A DNA stretch of 64,000 bases from Alphaproteobacteria bacterium (GCA_963665325.3 CAXXWS020000003.1:224001-288000), one strand, 5' to 3'; shown: positions 32,062-43,565, numbered from the stretch's first letter. The notes: generated from the letters alone by a model not told the origin. Translations and numbers: made by a program.

Positions 32062-33239
32062 AACGCCGCCGCCGCTCCGAACACCGAACTGCTCACCGGC
32101 GTCACCATCGGCCCGGACCCGACGACGGAAATCTCGGCGCCCTCGACCTGGTTCGGCGAGAGACCGCGGACCTGGCGCACCGCCTCGATATTCAGCTCCA
32201 GCCCGTGCATGTAGCACTCCGCCAGATTGCCGCCGCTGGTGTTGAGCGGCAGACGGCCGCCATCCGCGCGGAGATTGTCGAGGGTGAGGAAGTCGTTGGC
32301 CTCGTCCGGCGCGAAGAAGCCGTGCTCGACCAGGCTCATCAGCACCCCGCCGGTGAAGTTCTCATATGACTGCGCCACATCGACATCCGCCGACGAAATC
32401 CCCGCCATGGCGAAGGCGCGCGGGGCGACGGTGGTGAAGCTGGACGTGCCGTAGAGCGGCGCATTGTGGACCGGCGCGCCGTTGCGGTATTCGGAGCCGG
32501 CGGCCGCGCCCAGCAGGTAGCAGGGCCTGTGCGGCAGGTCGCGCGCACGCTCTGCGGACACCAGCAGGATGGCCGCTGCGCCGTCATTCTCCTGGCAACA
32601 GTCGAACAGGCGGAACGGCTCGGCGATCCAGCGCGAGGCGTCATAGTCTTCCTCGGAAAGCGGCCGGCCGTACATCACGGCGCGCGGGTTCTGCTGGGCA
32701 TGGTGGTAGGACGCCATGGAGATCGCCCGGAGCGCGGACCTCTCGATGCCGTGCTCATGGGCGAAGCGCTGGTAGCGCATGGCGTATTTCTGCGCCGGCG
32801 ACATGACGCCGTAGGGCACCGTGAAAGCGTCGTGGCCCGCCGCCGCGCCGCCCGCCGCCGCCTGGCCGAACCTCTGGAATTGCCCCTGGGCGAGCGCGCG
32901 GAAGACGACGACGCAGCGCGCATAACCGCAGGCGATGGCCGCGGCCGCATTGGCGATGGCCGCCGACCCGCCGCCCCCGCCCCCGCCCCACTGCATGTTG
33001 GAGAAGGCGAGGTCCCGGCAGCCGAGCGCGGCGGCGATGCGCGAGGGGTCGTTGCGGTCGTTCGAATAGGAGGCGAAGCCGTCGATCTCCGTCGGGTCGA
33101 TACCCGCGTCCTCGGCTGCCGCCAGAATCGCCATCAATGCAAGCTTGAACTCGGCGTGAGGACTCTGACTGTGTTTCCAGTAGGTCGTCTCGCCGACGCC
33201 GGCGACCGCCACCTTGCCCCTGATCGTGAATTCGCCCAC
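32058..33239 (-). CDS. SCP2-type thiolase-like protein (Ltp2-like)
   Basis: VAGVGET, FDCCQENDGA, YENFT, NTSGGNLAE. Confidence 0.85.
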   Translation of the reverse strand: MGEFTIRGKVAVAGVGETTYWKHSQSPHAEFKLALMAILAAAEDAGIDPTEIDGFASYSNDRNDPSRIAAALGCRDLAFSNMQWGGGGGGGSAAIANAAAAIACGYARCVVVFRALAQGQFQRFGQAAAGGAAAGHDAFTVPYGVMSPAQKYAMRYQRFAHEHGIERSALRAISMASYHHAQQNPRAVMYGRPLSEEDYDASRWIAEPFRLFDCCQENDGAAAILLVSAERARDLPHRPCYLLGAAAGSEYRNGAPVHNAPLYGTSSFTTVAPRAFAMAGISSADVDVAQSYENFTGGVLMSLVEHGFFAPDEANDFLTLDNLRADGGRLPLNTSGGNLAECYMHGLELNIEAVRQVRGLSPNQVEGAEISVVGSGPMVTPVSSSVFGAAAAL

Positions 33240-33389
33240 GGCACCCCGCCCCTCTCAGACGTCGCGGAGCCTATAGCGTTTCAGCGCCCGGTGGAATCAT
33301 GCGCCCACCTCGCAATCCGCCGCATTTGCAGCCCGGGCGAAGGCGGTTAGGGTCGCGCGCGAAATTCGGAGAAGGGGACCCGAGAGGCC

Positions 33390-35081
33390 ATGCCGGAGAA
33401 CAGAACCGTCGCCCGCCTGCTGGTGGAGAGCCTGGAGGCGCACGATGTGGACCGCGTCTATTGCGTGCCCGGCGAGAGCTATATCGGCCTGACCAGCACC
33501 ATGGTCGAGCGCAACTCGATCCAGGTCGCGGTCTGCCGGCACGAGGCGGGCGCAGGCTTCATGGCCGCCGCCGACGGGCGGATGCGCGACCGCGCGGGCG
33601 TGGCCATGGTCTCCCGCGGTCCCGGCCTCGCCAACGGGCTGGTCGCCATGCACTCCGCCTGGCACGACGCGACGCCGCTGGTGATGCTTATCGGGCAGGT
33701 CGAGCGGCGCGACATGGGCCGCCTCGCCCTCCAGGAGCAGAACTATTCCCGCCTGCTCTCCGACATCTCCAAGGACGTGATCGAGGTCAACGAGCCGGAA
33801 CAGGCCTCGGAGGCGATGGCGCGCGCCTTCCATCTCGCCGAGTCCGGAACGCCGGGGCCGGTGGCGGTCATCCTTCCGGAGGACATTTTCGACGAGGAGA
33901 CGGACACGGCGCTTGCCCCGCCGCGGCCGCGGCCGATACCCGCCGCCCGGCCCGAGGATATCGACCGGCTGATTGCCATGATCGAAGCGGCCGAGCGCCC
34001 GCTGCTGCTGGCCGGCGGCGGCGCGATGGCGGACGCGGTGCGCGACCCGGCACTGTTCAGCGACCTTGTCCGCCTCGCCGAGACCTGGGTGCTGCCGGTC
34101 GTGCCGACTCACCGCCGGCCGCAGCTCTTCGACTACGACCACCCGAACCATGGCGGCTATATGGGCATCCGGGTGCCGAAGGAGCTGCTCGACGAGATGA
34201 AGCGCTCGGACCTGATGATCGCACTCGGCGAGCGGCTGACCGACAGCGTGAGCCAGTCCTACACCTTCCCGACGGCGCCGGAGCCGCAATTGCCGCTGGT
34301 CCACATCTGGCCGGATCCCAACGAGATCGGCCGCGTCTGGCGCCCGACGCTCGGCATCGCCGCGAGCCCGCATGAGGTGGTGAAGGCGCTGCTCGCGCGT
34401 CCCGCGCCTTCCGACGGCGAGCGCCGGCGCGGCTGGGTCGAAGGGCTGCACAGCACCCACCGCCGCCTGCTGGAAAAGCCCTGGGAGCCGCGCGAGGACG
34501 GGGTGAACTTCTCGGCCGTCGTCGCGGAGATCGGCAAGCATCTCGCCCCGGACGCCACGGTCACCTCCGACGCCGGCAATTTCGCGACCTTCCTGCACCG
34601 CCATATCGGCTTCCGGCAGGGGCAGGTGTTCCTGGCCTCGGTGGTGGGTGCGATGGGCTCGGGCATGCCGATGGCGGTGGCCGCCGCCATCCGCCGCCCG
34701 GGCACGCAGGTGGTGGCCTTCATGGGCGACGGCGGCGCGCTGATGATGGGCAACGAGCTCGCCACGGCCTGCCAGTACGGCGCCTGCCCGATCGTGGTGA
34801 TCGCCGACAACGGCATGTACGGCACCATCGGCATGCACAGCCATCTGCGCTATCCGGGCCGCCCGTTCATGGCCGGCACGCGCCTCACCAACCCCGATTT
34901 CGCCGCCTGGGCGCGATCCTTCGGCGCGGAGGGCATTACCGTCGAGGCGGAATCGCAGGTAGCGGATGCGGTCGCGCAGGCCTTCGCCGTGCGCTCGCGC
35001 CCGGTCGTGCTGCATGTGCGCACCTCGCCGCTCCAGATCAGCGCCTGGCAACGCTACGAAGACGGCGACCGGCTGCCGTAA
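33390..35081 (+). CDS. Thiamine diphosphate-dependent enzyme (AHAS-like)
   Basis: VPGESY, CRHEAGA, GDGGALM..DNGMYG. Confidence 0.88.
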   Translation: MPENRTVARLLVESLEAHDVDRVYCVPGESYIGLTSTMVERNSIQVAVCRHEAGAGFMAAADGRMRDRAGVAMVSRGPGLANGLVAMHSAWHDATPLVMLIGQVERRDMGRLALQEQNYSRLLSDISKDVIEVNEPEQASEAMARAFHLAESGTPGPVAVILPEDIFDEETDTALAPPRPRPIPAARPEDIDRLIAMIEAAERPLLLAGGGAMADAVRDPALFSDLVRLAETWVLPVVPTHRRPQLFDYDHPNHGGYMGIRVPKELLDEMKRSDLMIALGERLTDSVSQSYTFPTAPEPQLPLVHIWPDPNEIGRVWRPTLGIAASPHEVVKALLARPAPSDGERRRGWVEGLHSTHRRLLEKPWEPREDGVNFSAVVAEIGKHLAPDATVTSDAGNFATFLHRHIGFRQGQVFLASVVGAMGSGMPMAVAAAIRRPGTQVVAFMGDGGALMMGNELATACQYGACPIVVIADNGMYGTIGMHSHLRYPGRPFMAGTRLTNPDFAAWARSFGAEGITVEAESQVADAVAQAFAVRSRPVVLHVRTSPLQISAWQRYEDGDRLP

Positions 35082-35103
35082 GGGGACGAACGAACCCGCG
35101 GTT

Positions 35104-35811
35104 TCAGTTCCGCGGATGCCTCTGGCGCTTCCGACGTTCCAGGTGCTTGAACGCCTCCCGCCGGCTCAGGTCGGAGAGGCCGGCATGGGTCCTGACGAAT
35201 TCCGTCACCCAGACCGGGTCGGTCTTGGAATATTCGCGCAGCGCCCAGCCGATAGCCTTGCGCAGAAAGAACTCCGACTCCCCGATGGACGGTCGGATCG
35301 CGTCGGCCAGCAGCACAGTGTCCGTCGTGCTCTTTGCCCGGAGCTGGGCGAGGATCGCCGTCCGCCGCTTCCAGATGTTGCCGGCCTCCGCCCATTCGCG
35401 CAGCACGGCCTTCGTCGGGCCGGGGTGGGCGGCAAGCATGGCCCCGACGCCCCTGCTGGCAATCGCATCGACATGGTCCCACCAGGCGCCGGTGGTCACC
35501 AGTTCCTCGATCAGGGGGAGTCTCGCGGGCTCCAGCCATCCGGAATAACGCCGGAAGAGCAACAGTTCCACCGCCGCATAGCGTTCCTCGCGGTGGGCGG
35601 CCAAACGCCAGAGCTCGAGAATCGCCGCCTCCCATGCGCCGGCGTCCGGCAGCGGGTGCGCCCTGAACACGGAACCGGCGATGCGCCGGCATTGCGGTAC
35701 GCCTACGCCCAGATAGGGCATGGCCGACTTCATGTATGCCTGTTGCTGCGGCGCCCTGACTGGGTCGGCGGCTTCGCTGAGCGCGGCAATAACAGAATCT
35801 CGAATGCTCAT
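35104..35811 (-). CDS. AlkD-like DNA alkylation repair protein
   Basis: AYMKS, REERY, WWDHVD, EFFLRKAIGWALREY. Confidence 0.88.
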   Translation of the reverse strand: MSIRDSVIAALSEAADPVRAPQQQAYMKSAMPYLGVGVPQCRRIAGSVFRAHPLPDAGAWEAAILELWRLAAHREERYAAVELLLFRRYSGWLEPARLPLIEELVTTGAWWDHVDAIASRGVGAMLAAHPGPTKAVLREWAEAGNIWKRRTAILAQLRAKSTTDTVLLADAIRPSIGESEFFLRKAIGWALREYSKTDPVWVTEFVRTHAGLSDLSRREAFKHLERRKRQRHPRN

Positions 35812-36045
35812 CGCAAGGCCGGGCTGAACCGGGGGCGCGACCGACTCCGTCGCGCGGTCCTTCCTACATGGCTCGTTGCCGGAAGCAAAGCCAACACTCG
35901 AACCGCAGAACCCGGAAACCGGACGGCGTTCTAGCAGCCTTGGCCCGCATCTCCCGCGAAGGTCATGGTCTGCGCGGCGCTGTTGGACCGACGGGATTGC
36001 AGCGGCGCACTGGCAGCGGCCGACGGGGGCAGGGTATAAGGGGCC

Positions 36046-37386
36046 ATGGCTGCCTTCGCGGACACTCCGGTCCAGGTTATCGGCGGCGGGCTTGCCGGCG
36101 CGGAGGCGTGCTGGCAGCTCGCACAGCGCGGGGTGCGCTCGGTCCTTTACGAAATGCGGTCCGAGACAGCCACGGCAGCGCACAAGACGGACAAGCTGGC
36201 TGAGCTGGTCTGCTCCAACTCCTTCCGCTCCGACGATGCCGAGCACAACGCCGTCGGCCTGCTGCATGAGGAGATGCGCCGGGCGGGCTCGCTCGTCATG
36301 GCGTGCGCCGACCGGACGCGGCTGCCCGCGGGCGGCGCGCTCGCCGTGGACCGGGAAGGCTTCGCCGACGCGATTACCGCCGCGTTGGAAGCCGAGCCGC
36401 TCGTCGAGTTGGAGCGCCGGCGCATCGACCGGCTGCCGGAGTCCGGTTCTGTCATCGTCGCCACCGGGCCGCTGACCGACGGCGCGCTGGCCGAGGCCAT
36501 ACAGGCGCTGACCGGGCGCGAGGCGCTCGCCTTTTTCGACGCCATCGCGCTCATCGTCTATTTCGACTCCATCGATCTCGACACGGCCTGGTTCCAGTCC
36601 CGCTACGACAAGCCGGGGCCGGCGGGCAGCGGGGCCGACTACATCAACTGCCCTCTCGACGAAGACGGCTATGAGGCGTTCATTCAGGCGCTGCTCGACG
36701 CCGACCGGATCGAGTTCAAGGAATGGGAGGCCCTCACGCCCTGGTTCGAGGGCTGCCTACCGGTGGAAGTGATGGCGGCGCGTGGGCCCGAGACGCTGCG
36801 CTTCGGCCCGATGAAACCGGTGGGCCTGACCGATCCCCGCACCGGCAGCCGGCCCCACGCCGTCGTGCAGCTTCGCCGGGACAATGCGCTCGGCACGCTC
36901 TACAACATTGTCGGTTTCCAGACGAAAATGCGCCACGGCGAACAGGCGCGCGTCCTCCGCACGATTCCCGGCCTCGAAAACGCGAGGTTCGCGAGGCTCG
37001 GCGGCATCCACCGCAACAGCTTCATCGACGCGCCGGCGCTGCTGGACGGGCAGTTACGCCTGAAGGCGGCCCCGCATTTGCGGTTCGCGGGCCAGATCAC
37101 CGGGGTCGAGGGCTATGTCGAGAGCGCGGCCATCGGCCTGCTGGCGGGGCGCTTCGCCGCGGGCGAGGCGGACGTGCCGCCTGCGACGACCGCGCTCGGC
37201 GCAGTGCTGGCCCATGTGACCGGCCCGAGGCCCGCCTCTGCCGGGGCCTACCAGCCGATGAATGTCAATTTCGGCCTCTTCCCGCCGCTCGACGGGCGGT
37301 TCCGGGGCCGCGAACGCAAGCGCGCGCATGCGGCCCGCGCGCTCGCCGATCTCGACCGCTGGCTCGGCCGCCGCGAGGCAGCCTGA
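36046..37386 (+). CDS. trmFO: tRNA m5U54 methyltransferase TrmFO
   Basis: [29 protein letters not shown]. Confidence 0.96.
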   Translation: MAAFADTPVQVIGGGLAGAEACWQLAQRGVRSVLYEMRSETATAAHKTDKLAELVCSNSFRSDDAEHNAVGLLHEEMRRAGSLVMACADRTRLPAGGALAVDREGFADAITAALEAEPLVELERRRIDRLPESGSVIVATGPLTDGALAEAIQALTGREALAFFDAIALIVYFDSIDLDTAWFQSRYDKPGPAGSGADYINCPLDEDGYEAFIQALLDADRIEFKEWEALTPWFEGCLPVEVMAARGPETLRFGPMKPVGLTDPRTGSRPHAVVQLRRDNALGTLYNIVGFQTKMRHGEQARVLRTIPGLENARFARLGGIHRNSFIDAPALLDGQLRLKAAPHLRFAGQITGVEGYVESAAIGLLAGRFAAGEADVPPATTALGAVLAHVTGPRPASAGAYQPMNVNFGLFPPLDGRFRGRERKRAHAARALADLDRWLGRREAA

Positions 37387-37387
37387 C

Positions 37388-38407
37388 ATGGACGGAAACG
37401 GCATGGCCAATCGCCGGATCGACCTGCGCAGCGATACCGTAACCCTGCCGACGCCGGCGATGCGCCGGATCATGGCGGAGGCCGAGGTCGGCGACGATGT
37501 GCATGGCGAGGACCCGACCGTCGCCCGGCTGGAGGCGCGCGTCGCCGACATGCTGGGGCTTGAGGCGGGGCTGTTCCTGCCCTCCGGCACGCAATCCAAC
37601 CTGACGGCGCTGATGAGCCATTGCGGGCGCGGCGAGGCATACCTCACCGGCGAGACCTACCACACGGTCGCTTCCGAAGCGGGTGGGGCCGCCGTGGTGG
37701 GCTCCATCGTGCCGATCGTGCTTCCGGTGGAGGAAGACGGCACCGTGGCGCCGGACCGGCTCCGCGCCGCGATCCGCCCCGAGGACTTCCACCGCCCGGT
37801 GCTGCGGCTGATCGCGGTGGAGAACACCACGCTCGGCCGCGTGCTGCCGGAAGGCTACATGGAGGAGGTGGGCGAACTTGCGGGCGAGCACGGGCTCAAG
37901 GTGCATCTCGACGGCGCGCGCCTGCTGAACGCAGCCATTGCCACCGGAAAGACGCCGGCTTCCGTCGCTGCGGGCGCCGATTCCGTCTCGCTCTGCCTTT
38001 CCAAGGGATTGGGCGCGCCGGCCGGCACGGTGCTTGCCGGCGACGGGGAGTTCATCGGACGCGCGCGCCGGGCAAGGAAGATGCTGGGCGGCGGCATGCG
38101 CCAGTCCGGCGTGCTCGCCGCCGCCGGCCTGCATGCTCTCGATGCCCATGTCGAGCGGCTGGCCGACGACCACGAGCTTGCCGCGGCGCTCGGAGAACGC
38201 CTCGAGCCGGTGGTCGAGGTGCAGCGGGTCTCCACCAACATGGTCTATGCCGGCCTGCCGGGCGGCGCCGCGCTCAAGCGGCATCTGGAGGCGCGCAATA
38301 TCGTCATTACGGCGCCCGGCCCAGTAACGCGGCTGGTGGTGCACAGGGATATCGAGCCGGGCGATGTCGAGCGCGTCGGCGCCGCGTTCGAGGCGTTCTA
38401 CAACTGA
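37388..38407 (+). CDS. ltaE: Low-specificity L-threonine aldolase
   Basis: DLRSDTVT, SGTQSN, HLDGAR, CLSKGLGAP, GGGMRQSG. Confidence 0.92.
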   Translation: MDGNGMANRRIDLRSDTVTLPTPAMRRIMAEAEVGDDVHGEDPTVARLEARVADMLGLEAGLFLPSGTQSNLTALMSHCGRGEAYLTGETYHTVASEAGGAAVVGSIVPIVLPVEEDGTVAPDRLRAAIRPEDFHRPVLRLIAVENTTLGRVLPEGYMEEVGELAGEHGLKVHLDGARLLNAAIATGKTPASVAAGADSVSLCLSKGLGAPAGTVLAGDGEFIGRARRARKMLGGGMRQSGVLAAAGLHALDAHVERLADDHELAAALGERLEPVVEVQRVSTNMVYAGLPGGAALKRHLEARNIVITAPGPVTRLVVHRDIEPGDVERVGAAFEAFYN

Positions 38408-38417
38408 GGGAAGCCCC

Positions 38418-40118
38418 ATGCACGATCTGGTTATTCGCGGCGGCACGATAATCGACGGGAGCGGGGGCGAGCCCTTCGCCGGAGACGTTGCGGTCGAGAG
38501 CGGGCGCATCGCGCAAGCCGGCGGCAAGGCCGGGCCCGGCCGGCGCGAGATCGACGCAGCAGGCGCGCTGGTGACGCCGGGATTCGTCGATGTCCACACC
38601 CACTATGACGGCCAGGCGACCTGGGACAGCGAGCTCGCGCCGTCGAGCTGGCACGGCGTCACCACGGTGGTGATGGGCAATTGCGGCGTCGGCTTCGCGC
38701 CCGCCCGTCCGGACGCGCACCATGCGCTGATCCGCATGATGGAGGGCGTGGAGGACATTCCGGGCGCGGCACTCGCCGAGGGCCTTACCTGGGACTGGGA
38801 GACCTTCCCCGAATATCTCGACGCGCTGGAGGTGCGTCTGCGCGCAATCGACGTCGCCGCGCAGGTGCCGCATTGCGCCGTGAGGGCCTATGCGATGGGC
38901 GAGCGCGGCATCGCCAACGAGCCGGCGGACGAGGACGATGTCCGCACGATGGCGGCGGTCGTCAGGGAAGCGCTGGAGGCGGGCGCACGCGGCTTCACGA
39001 CCACACGCACCATTGCGCATCTCACCGCCGATGGCGACCGCGTGCCGGGCGCCTTTGCCGAGGAGCGCGAATTGCTCGGGCTGGCCGATGCGGTGGGCTC
39101 CGTCGGCGGGCGGACCATCGGCTGGATTTCGGACCTCGACGAGGAGGCATATGAGCTGGGTCTCCTGCGCCGCATGGCGGAACGGGCGCGCGGGCGCACC
39201 TGGCTCACCGTGGTGCAGCGTGACGAACGCCCGGACCAGTGGGCGAGCGTACTCGGCTATCTGGAGGAGGCCGCCGCCGACGGCGTGGCGCTGCACGCGC
39301 AGGTGGCGGCGCGGCCGGTCGGCCTGATGCTAGGCCTCTCCGCCTCGCTGCACCCCTTCTCGACCATGCCCGCCTACCGGGAGATCGCGCATCTGCCGCT
39401 GGCGGAGCGGGTGGCCATCCTCCGCAAACCGGACTTCCGCGCCCGCCTGCTCGGCGAGCGCCGCAACCATCGCAGCCGGCTGATGCAGGACGTGACCGGC
39501 GGCTTCCACAAGATGTTCACCCTGGGCGATCCGCCCGACTACGAGCCCGCGCCCGAGACATCGGTGCTCGCCGAGGCGGAGCGGAGGGGCCTCGACCCGC
39601 GCGAACTGGTGCTGGACCGGATGTTGGAGCGCGAGGGGCGGGAGCTCATCTTCTTCCCCTTCGTGAACTACAGCCGCCTCGACCACCGGGACATCCGCCG
39701 GATGATGGACCATCCGCGCACCGTGCTCGGCCTCGGCGATGGCGGAGCGCATTGCGGGCTGATCTCCGACGCCAGCATTCCGACCTATGTGCTGACCCAT
39801 TGGGGCCGCGACCGCAGCAGGGGGCCAGGCTTCCCGCTGCCCCGGTTGGTCAGGGCGCTGACGGCAGAGACGGCCGCCCTCTACGGCTTCTCCGACCGGG
39901 GCCGGCTCGAAGCGGGGCTGCGCGCGGACATCAACATCGTCGATTTCGACCGCCTGCGCCTTCGTCCGCCGGTCATGGCGCACGACCTGCCTGCCGGCGG
40001 CCGCCGGCTGGTGCAGCGGGCGGAAGGATATCGGGCGACGGTCTGCGCGGGCGAGGTCACCTTCGAGGAGGGCGAGGCCACCGGCGCGCTGCCCGGCCGG
40101 CTGGCCCGCGCGGCGTAA
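38418..40118 (+). CDS. N-acyl-D-amino acid deacylase family amidohydrolase
   Basis: [27 protein letters not shown]. Confidence 0.88.
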   Translation: MHDLVIRGGTIIDGSGGEPFAGDVAVESGRIAQAGGKAGPGRREIDAAGALVTPGFVDVHTHYDGQATWDSELAPSSWHGVTTVVMGNCGVGFAPARPDAHHALIRMMEGVEDIPGAALAEGLTWDWETFPEYLDALEVRLRAIDVAAQVPHCAVRAYAMGERGIANEPADEDDVRTMAAVVREALEAGARGFTTTRTIAHLTADGDRVPGAFAEERELLGLADAVGSVGGRTIGWISDLDEEAYELGLLRRMAERARGRTWLTVVQRDERPDQWASVLGYLEEAAADGVALHAQVAARPVGLMLGLSASLHPFSTMPAYREIAHLPLAERVAILRKPDFRARLLGERRNHRSRLMQDVTGGFHKMFTLGDPPDYEPAPETSVLAEAERRGLDPRELVLDRMLEREGRELIFFPFVNYSRLDHRDIRRMMDHPRTVLGLGDGGAHCGLISDASIPTYVLTHWGRDRSRGPGFPLPRLVRALTAETAALYGFSDRGRLEAGLRADINIVDFDRLRLRPPVMAHDLPAGGRRLVQRAEGYRATVCAGEVTFEEGEATGALPGRLARAA

Positions 40119-41017
40119 TGGCCTCGCCCGGCGCATCGCCGAAGCTCGAAATCCACCTGGGCGACAATCTGGAGGTGCTCTCCGGCTTCGAGGACGGCGC
40201 CTTCGACCTCATCTATATCGACCCGCCCTTCAACACAGGCAAAGCACAGGCCCGCACGCGCCTCAGGACAATCCGCGACGACAAGGGCGACCGGACCGGC
40301 TTCCAGGGCCGGCGCTACCGGACGGTTCGTCTCGGAACCTCCTCATGGAACGACACCTTCGACGACTTCATGGCCTTCATCGAGCCCCGGCTTCGCGAAG
40401 CGCACCGGCTGCTGGCGCCCCAAGGCTCGTTCTTCCTCCATATCGACTACCGGGAATCGCACTACTGCAAGGTGCTGCTGGACGAAATCTTCGGGCGCGA
40501 GTGCTTCATCAACGAGATCGTCTGGGCCTACGACTACGGCGCGCGGTCGAAACGGCGCTGGTCCGCCAAGCACGACAACATCCTCTGGTATGCGCGCGAC
40601 CCGGAAAACTACACCTACCGCCATGACGACATAGATCGCATTCCCTATATGGCGCCGGGCCTTGTCGGACCCGTGAAGGCGGCGCGCGGCAAGACGCCGA
40701 CGGATGTCTGGTGGCAGACGATCGTGAGCCCGAACGGCAGGGAGAAGACCGGCTACCCGACGCAGAAGCCGATAGCGATCCTCAACCGCATTGTGGCCGT
40801 GCATTCCAATCCGGGCGACCGGGTGCTCGACTTCTTCGCCGGCAGCGGCACCACCGGCGAAGCGGCGGTCCGCAACGGCCGGTGCGCCGTGCTGGTGGAC
40901 AGCAACCCGGAGGCGGTCCGCGTCATGGCCCGTCGCCTCGCCTTTGCCGATCCGACCTTCCACGAAGCGGGCCGCCCGGTTCCCGCCCCCGGAGATTCTT
41001 CGCCCCGCGCCGCTTGA
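40118..41017 (+). CDS. Orphan N6/N4 DNA methyltransferase (beta class)
   Basis: IYIDPPF precedes YPTQKP and LDFFAGSGTT; start coupled by TAATG overlap. Confidence 0.9.
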   Translation: MASPGASPKLEIHLGDNLEVLSGFEDGAFDLIYIDPPFNTGKAQARTRLRTIRDDKGDRTGFQGRRYRTVRLGTSSWNDTFDDFMAFIEPRLREAHRLLAPQGSFFLHIDYRESHYCKVLLDEIFGRECFINEIVWAYDYGARSKRRWSAKHDNILWYARDPENYTYRHDDIDRIPYMAPGLVGPVKAARGKTPTDVWWQTIVSPNGREKTGYPTQKPIAILNRIVAVHSNPGDRVLDFFAGSGTTGEAAVRNGRCAVLVDSNPEAVRVMARRLAFADPTFHEAGRPVPAPGDSSPRAA

Positions 41018-41104
41018 CGGACGCCGTCATTCCGTTATCTCGGTAACATCGGAACGAATCCCGCGCTCGCGGGCCAGGGCTCCCCGGCCCTGAAGGAGGC
41101 TGCC

Positions 41105-41557
41105 ATGCGCCTGCAACTCGCCCTCAATGTGGACGATCTCGAACAGGCCATCGACTTCTATTCCAAGATGTTCGATGCGCCCGTCCACAAGCGCAAGCCG
41201 GGCTACGCCAATTTCGCTATCGACAACCCGCCGCTCAAGCTCGTGCTGTTCGAGCGCCCCGGCGCGGGCGAGCGCATCAACCATCTGGGCGTGGAGGTCT
41301 TCCGCGAGGAGGATGTCGATGCCGCGACGGAGCGCCTCGAAGCCGCCGGCATCGAACACCTGATCGAGGAAGAGACGCGCTGCTGCCACGCGACCCAGAA
41401 CAAGGTCTGGGCGACGGAGCCGCAGGGCCTGCGCTGGGAGTGGTACCGGATCACCGACGACACCGACGCGCTGTTCAACGCGCTCGGGCCGCGCAAGGAC
41501 GACCGGCGCCAGACAGAGTGCTGCCCGACCGGGAAGCCTCTCAGTCCCGCAGCCTGA
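41105..41557 (+). CDS. ArsI/CadI-family VOC protein
   Basis: QLALNV, PGYANF, RCCHATQNKVW. Confidence 0.85.
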   Translation: MRLQLALNVDDLEQAIDFYSKMFDAPVHKRKPGYANFAIDNPPLKLVLFERPGAGERINHLGVEVFREEDVDAATERLEAAGIEHLIEEETRCCHATQNKVWATEPQGLRWEWYRITDDTDALFNALGPRKDDRRQTECCPTGKPLSPAA

Positions 41558-41571
41558 ACGGGCGCTGCCCG

Positions 41572-42771
41572 TTAGCTCCCGGCCTCGACCAGGAATTGGC
41601 GAAAACTCGGAATCGGGCAGGCGAGGCGCCCGGTCCCGTCGTCCTGAAGCGCGCCCCGATGGACTAGATGGTCCAGATAGCCCTCCGGCCGCATGCCTGC
41701 CGGCAGTCGCCAGCCGCTTGCGGCTCCGGCGCTGTCCTCGATGACGCGAAGCATCTCGATGTAGCCGAGGCCTTCTTCGGGAACCGCGTTCATCACCGCG
41801 GCCAGCAGCAGGCCGGAGCTGAGCATCTCGGGGCTGCGCCGTGCGCGATAGGAGTCCAGTCTCCGTTCCTCCGCCCCGGCCAGAACCACGTTTTCGTCAA
41901 CGGAAGCCAGCGCGCCTGCCGACGCGAGCAGTCCTTCCGCCAGAGCGCGCATGCCGTTGCGGAGATGCTGCGGCCAGCGGTCCGACCGGTCTTCCAGCAG
42001 AGCCGCCCAGCGTGCCGCCTCCGCCTCGGCCGCCTCGACCCGGAAGCCTTTCAGCATTGCTCTCACGGACTCCGCCGGCTGGCCCGGCTCCAGCCGCCCC
42101 AGCATGTGGACGGCTCCGTCCGACAGACGCGAAATGCCGTGTTTCGCCAGCACATCGCGCGCATTGGCCAGCCCCGCCAGCACCGGCGCGACGGGCAGGC
42201 CGTCCACCGCCTCGTGCAGGCGCTGGAGAACCTCCGCTTGGGCGGATTCCAGATTTTGCACTTCGTCCACCAGCAGGCAGAGAGGGTGCTCCCAGCGCTC
42301 TGGCGGAAACATCTCGCGCAGTGCGCCGAATCCGACCGGCGGCGCGGTTTCGGCGGCCCACGCGCCACCGACGCCGCTAATGCCTATGCTGCCGCTGCGG
42401 GTCTCCGTGCGCCGGAACCGCTCCGCCCGGCGCGGATCGAGACGCGCCGCAATGGCCTGCGCGATGCGGTCGGGGTCTGCGAGCTCCCCCAGGTAGACGA
42501 GGAGGACATGTGGCGCCCGCGGGCCGGCCTGCGTCCATTTCTCCTCCAGATGGGCGAGCAGGGCGGACTTGCCGGCTCCCGGCGCGCCCTGGATCAGGCG
42601 GGTGGCGCCTGCAGACCGCTGCCCCGCCTGCGCATGGCGCAATGCCCGCGCCAAGGCGCGCTCGATGTCCTCGATTTCACCGGCGCGGCCGACGAAGAAG
42701 GGCGCACTTTCGCGGTCCGACGGTTCGCTGAAGAAGCGCAGCCCTTCGAGGTCCGGTCCGCCGCTCGTCAT
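41572..42771 (-). CDS. Stand-alone P-loop ATPase (AAA_16/STAND-like)
   Basis: FFVGRAGE, GAPGAGKS, LLVDEVQ. Confidence 0.8.
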   Translation of the reverse strand: MTSGGPDLEGLRFFSEPSDRESAPFFVGRAGEIEDIERALARALRHAQAGQRSAGATRLIQGAPGAGKSALLAHLEEKWTQAGPRAPHVLLVYLGELADPDRIAQAIAARLDPRRAERFRRTETRSGSIGISGVGGAWAAETAPPVGFGALREMFPPERWEHPLCLLVDEVQNLESAQAEVLQRLHEAVDGLPVAPVLAGLANARDVLAKHGISRLSDGAVHMLGRLEPGQPAESVRAMLKGFRVEAAEAEAARWAALLEDRSDRWPQHLRNGMRALAEGLLASAGALASVDENVVLAGAEERRLDSYRARRSPEMLSSGLLLAAVMNAVPEEGLGYIEMLRVIEDSAGAASGWRLPAGMRPEGYLDHLVHRGALQDDGTGRLACPIPSFRQFLVEAGS

Positions 42772-42803
42772 AGCCGCCTACTGTTCCGATCCCCGGGCCG
42801 CCC

Positions 42804-43565
42804 TCAGAGGCGGATGCGGAAGTCGTTGCGGCCTGAGCGGTCCTCGCCGCGCATGAGGAAGAGCGTGCGCTCGGCATGGTCCACCAGGCCCTTCTCGCGG
42901 GCGAGGCGCGACGCGATCTCGCGGTCGAACACGGACGTGGTCGGCATGTAGCGCAAGGTCATGCCGCGGCGCGGCCTGGGGGAGTTGTTGGCCTCCGAGC
43001 CGTGCACCAGATAGACATCGTGCAGCGAGACCTGCCCGGCCTCCAGCTCGATGGGGGCGGCGAGGTCCTCGTCGAACTCGTCCTCGCGCAGCTCCTGGTT
43101 CAGCGTGTAGCTCGGGTCGTCGTTGGTGTTGTGCGCCCGGAGCCGTTTGTCCCGGTGCGAGCCGCGCAGCACGTTCAGGCAGCCGTTTTCCTGCGTCGAG
43201 GCGTCCACCGCGATCCACACCGTGCAGGTCGCGAGCGGGCGCAGGGGCCAGTATTCGCCGTCCTGGTGCCAGGGCGTCTTGCGCCCGTTCAGCGCCGGCT
43301 TGGCGAAGAAGCTGGAGTTCCAGAGCGCGATATCCGGGCCGATCGCCTGCTCCACCATGTCCAGGATTTCGGGCACCCGCGCCCAATTCAGGAAGGCGAG
43401 ATCGTGGGCCAAGAGATTGGGGCAGTAATCGCGATATTCCGGGTGGCGCGAGACCAGCCGCCCGTGATGCGCCCGGATGTCCTCCAGGTCCCGTTCCGGC
43501 AGCCGGAAATCGGGCGTTACGTAGCCGTCCGCGCGGTATTTTTCCAGCTCTTCGGCACTCAACAT
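42804..43565 (-). CDS. Phytanoyl-CoA dioxygenase (PhyH) family
   Basis: WHQD, ENGCL, HGS. Confidence 0.88.
   Translation of the reverse strand: MLSAEELEKYRADGYVTPDFRLPERDLEDIRAHHGRLVSRHPEYRDYCPNLLAHDLAFLNWARVPEILDMVEQAIGPDIALWNSSFFAKPALNGRKTPWHQDGEYWPLRPLATCTVWIAVDASTQENGCLNVLRGSHRDKRLRAHNTNDDPSYTLNQELREDEFDEDLAAPIELEAGQVSLHDVYLVHGSEANNSPRPRRGMTLRYMPTTSVFDREIASRLAREKGLVDHAERTLFLMRGEDRSGRNDFRIRL

Noticed and set aside
40118-41017. CcrM partner of GcrA
   Set aside because: Lacks the CcrM-type DPPYNLQL motif and C-terminal domain
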